This document shows, piece after piece, positions 62,331 through 64,000 of a stretch of 64,000 bases of DNA. The stretch is taken from assembly GCA_964016885.1 (NCBI GenBank), contig OZ024740.1, forward strand, positions 161,882,001-161,946,000, in the 5' to 3' direction. The stretch comes from Eledone cirrhosa. Taxonomy: Eukaryota. Made by a program: the position numbers and the translations under genes. The notes under the pieces are model-generated. The model saw nothing but the letters and a program-made list of their open reading frames with translations. It did no database searches and was not told where the DNA came from. Positions within the stretch are counted from its first letter, which is position 1. Each line of letters opens with the position of its first letter.

Positions 62331-64000
62331 ATTGAGTGTAGAGAAGTTATTGTCTTTTGATACAAATTGAAGGATCCTCCTAACCCCATGTTTGGCAAGC
62401 TTTCTATAGCTGGATGCCTTTTCTAACACCAACCACTTTACAGCATGTACTGGGTGCTTTTATTGTGTAGATCACCAGCCTTAAGGAGGATGCCATATTT
62501 TTGACATAACTAAAAGATCCTCCCAACCCTTTGTTTAGCAAGCTTTCTATGGCTGGATGCCCTTCCTATCACTAACCACTTTATCGAATAGATCCCAACA
62601 CTAGAGAGGTTGTTGTGTCTTTGACACAGCAGAAGGGTCTTCTCAATCCTTTTAGGCATGGGTTCTATGGTGGATTAAATGAGTCCTAATGAAATATTGG
62701 GTTTTATATAATTAATTCTACCCCGCCTACCAAATTCAGATGTTTAGAGATCAATTATATACAGAGATAGATAAATAGGTAAATCTGATACATAACATTA
62801 GCTTAATCTATAATACTATGAAAAACAATTCATATATATTTATTTTAATGTGTATTGAAAGAGGTTGTATTAAAATAAATAAATTGCCCACATTACTAGT
62901 TGTGTATGTAATTAAGTACTACCATGCTGTTGTCGGTGGGCAACATTGTAATATAAAACATTAATTTACAAAAGACTCCACATGTAAAAACATGGAAATA
63001 GATTTTAATAAACAACAATGAAAAGATGTTTTTTTGGTTTTAGACTAGAGTGGGTCTGCATCCTGTTACTAGTAAACATACACACATGTATGTATGTATA
63101 TATGTGTGTGTGTGTATGCATGTATACATACATATTATATACACAAGCATGTACATTATAGCCTGTATTTTGTAAATAGTAAATACAATCAGCTGGGAGT
63201 TTGTAACCTTTTAGACTGTTATAAAATGCTTAACACACTAAAAGTTGCTAGTCGCAAATCTAATTAAGTGTATATTAACTACTGATGTTTAAGAGCCTGT
63301 TGTCTATACTGGTAGCTATATAACAAGAAGGAGAAAGAAATAGTGTTTAGAAGAAGGGTGAACTACAAAGATATTGTTTGTGTTTGGTTGTTGTTTGAAG
63401 ACTTATGGCATGTAGTTCACTGAAGCCAATGACAGGGTGTGATGTACATATCCAGTTCTCAGATATACCACTGGATCACACTGCAATCTCTGGCAAGTAC
63501 ATATATTTTATTCCAGCTCAGGATCAGATTAAGTCCTTTTGAAACCCTACATACTAAAAAGATTATGGCACCCCAATATATAAAGACTGCAAAAAATTTT
63601 GTTTAGTAATACAATTAATCTGAATAAGTTGGTGACCCTCTACCCTTGAAGCCCTAAACATGTGCTTATTTTATTTGAAGGCTAATTCAGCCCAGCCCTG
63701 TTCCATCTATACCATTTTTTTAAATAGCTTATGACTATACAGTAGTTATATTGGGAGCAGTGTTTATGTTTAGATATGTTGTACACTTACTACTTGTAGA
63801 TTCTAGGCCAGTGTTTCCCAAAGTGAGTTCTCTGAGAGAAGGTGTTTTTTAATAAACATTATTCCAGGTATACTCAGCCTCTGACTAGCTTAGAACCATA
63901 CTGCTTTTTTTAACATAAAGTGGTAATGATACAGACTGTATTAGCCATTACAGTGCTAGAAAAAATAGCCAAGGAAAGTTAACGGAATAAGCACATGTTA

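Overview
AT-rich, repeat-saturated animal genomic DNA. The huge (TA)/(TATG) satellites, tRNA-derived SINEs and RTE LINEs suggest a mollusc, probably an octopus; this is an inference from repeat content only. Nearly all listed ORFs (YI/IY, CV, HT, SL/ER) are microsatellite artefacts. The one supportable host gene is a minus-strand TALE-class homeobox gene with four exons found here (60783-60892, 53645-53770, 51573-51683, 49136-49924); its 5' end was not found. Its homeodomain has the unusual WFTN motif. The first ~45 kb is a transposon graveyard: a decayed Penelope-like element (PLE) with RT and GIY-YIG domains, RTE-type LINEs (two with a PHD-like finger inside the RT), a Helitron remnant, MITEs and SINEs. 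The most striking signal not shown by the ORF track is about a dozen type-I hammerhead-ribozyme (HHR) motifs from at least 8 unrelated sequence families. They lie in short non-coding elements embedded in (TA)n, most of which are fold-back (inverted) duplications from ~100 bp to 4.5 kb. All structures were read by eye; no folding or database search was run.
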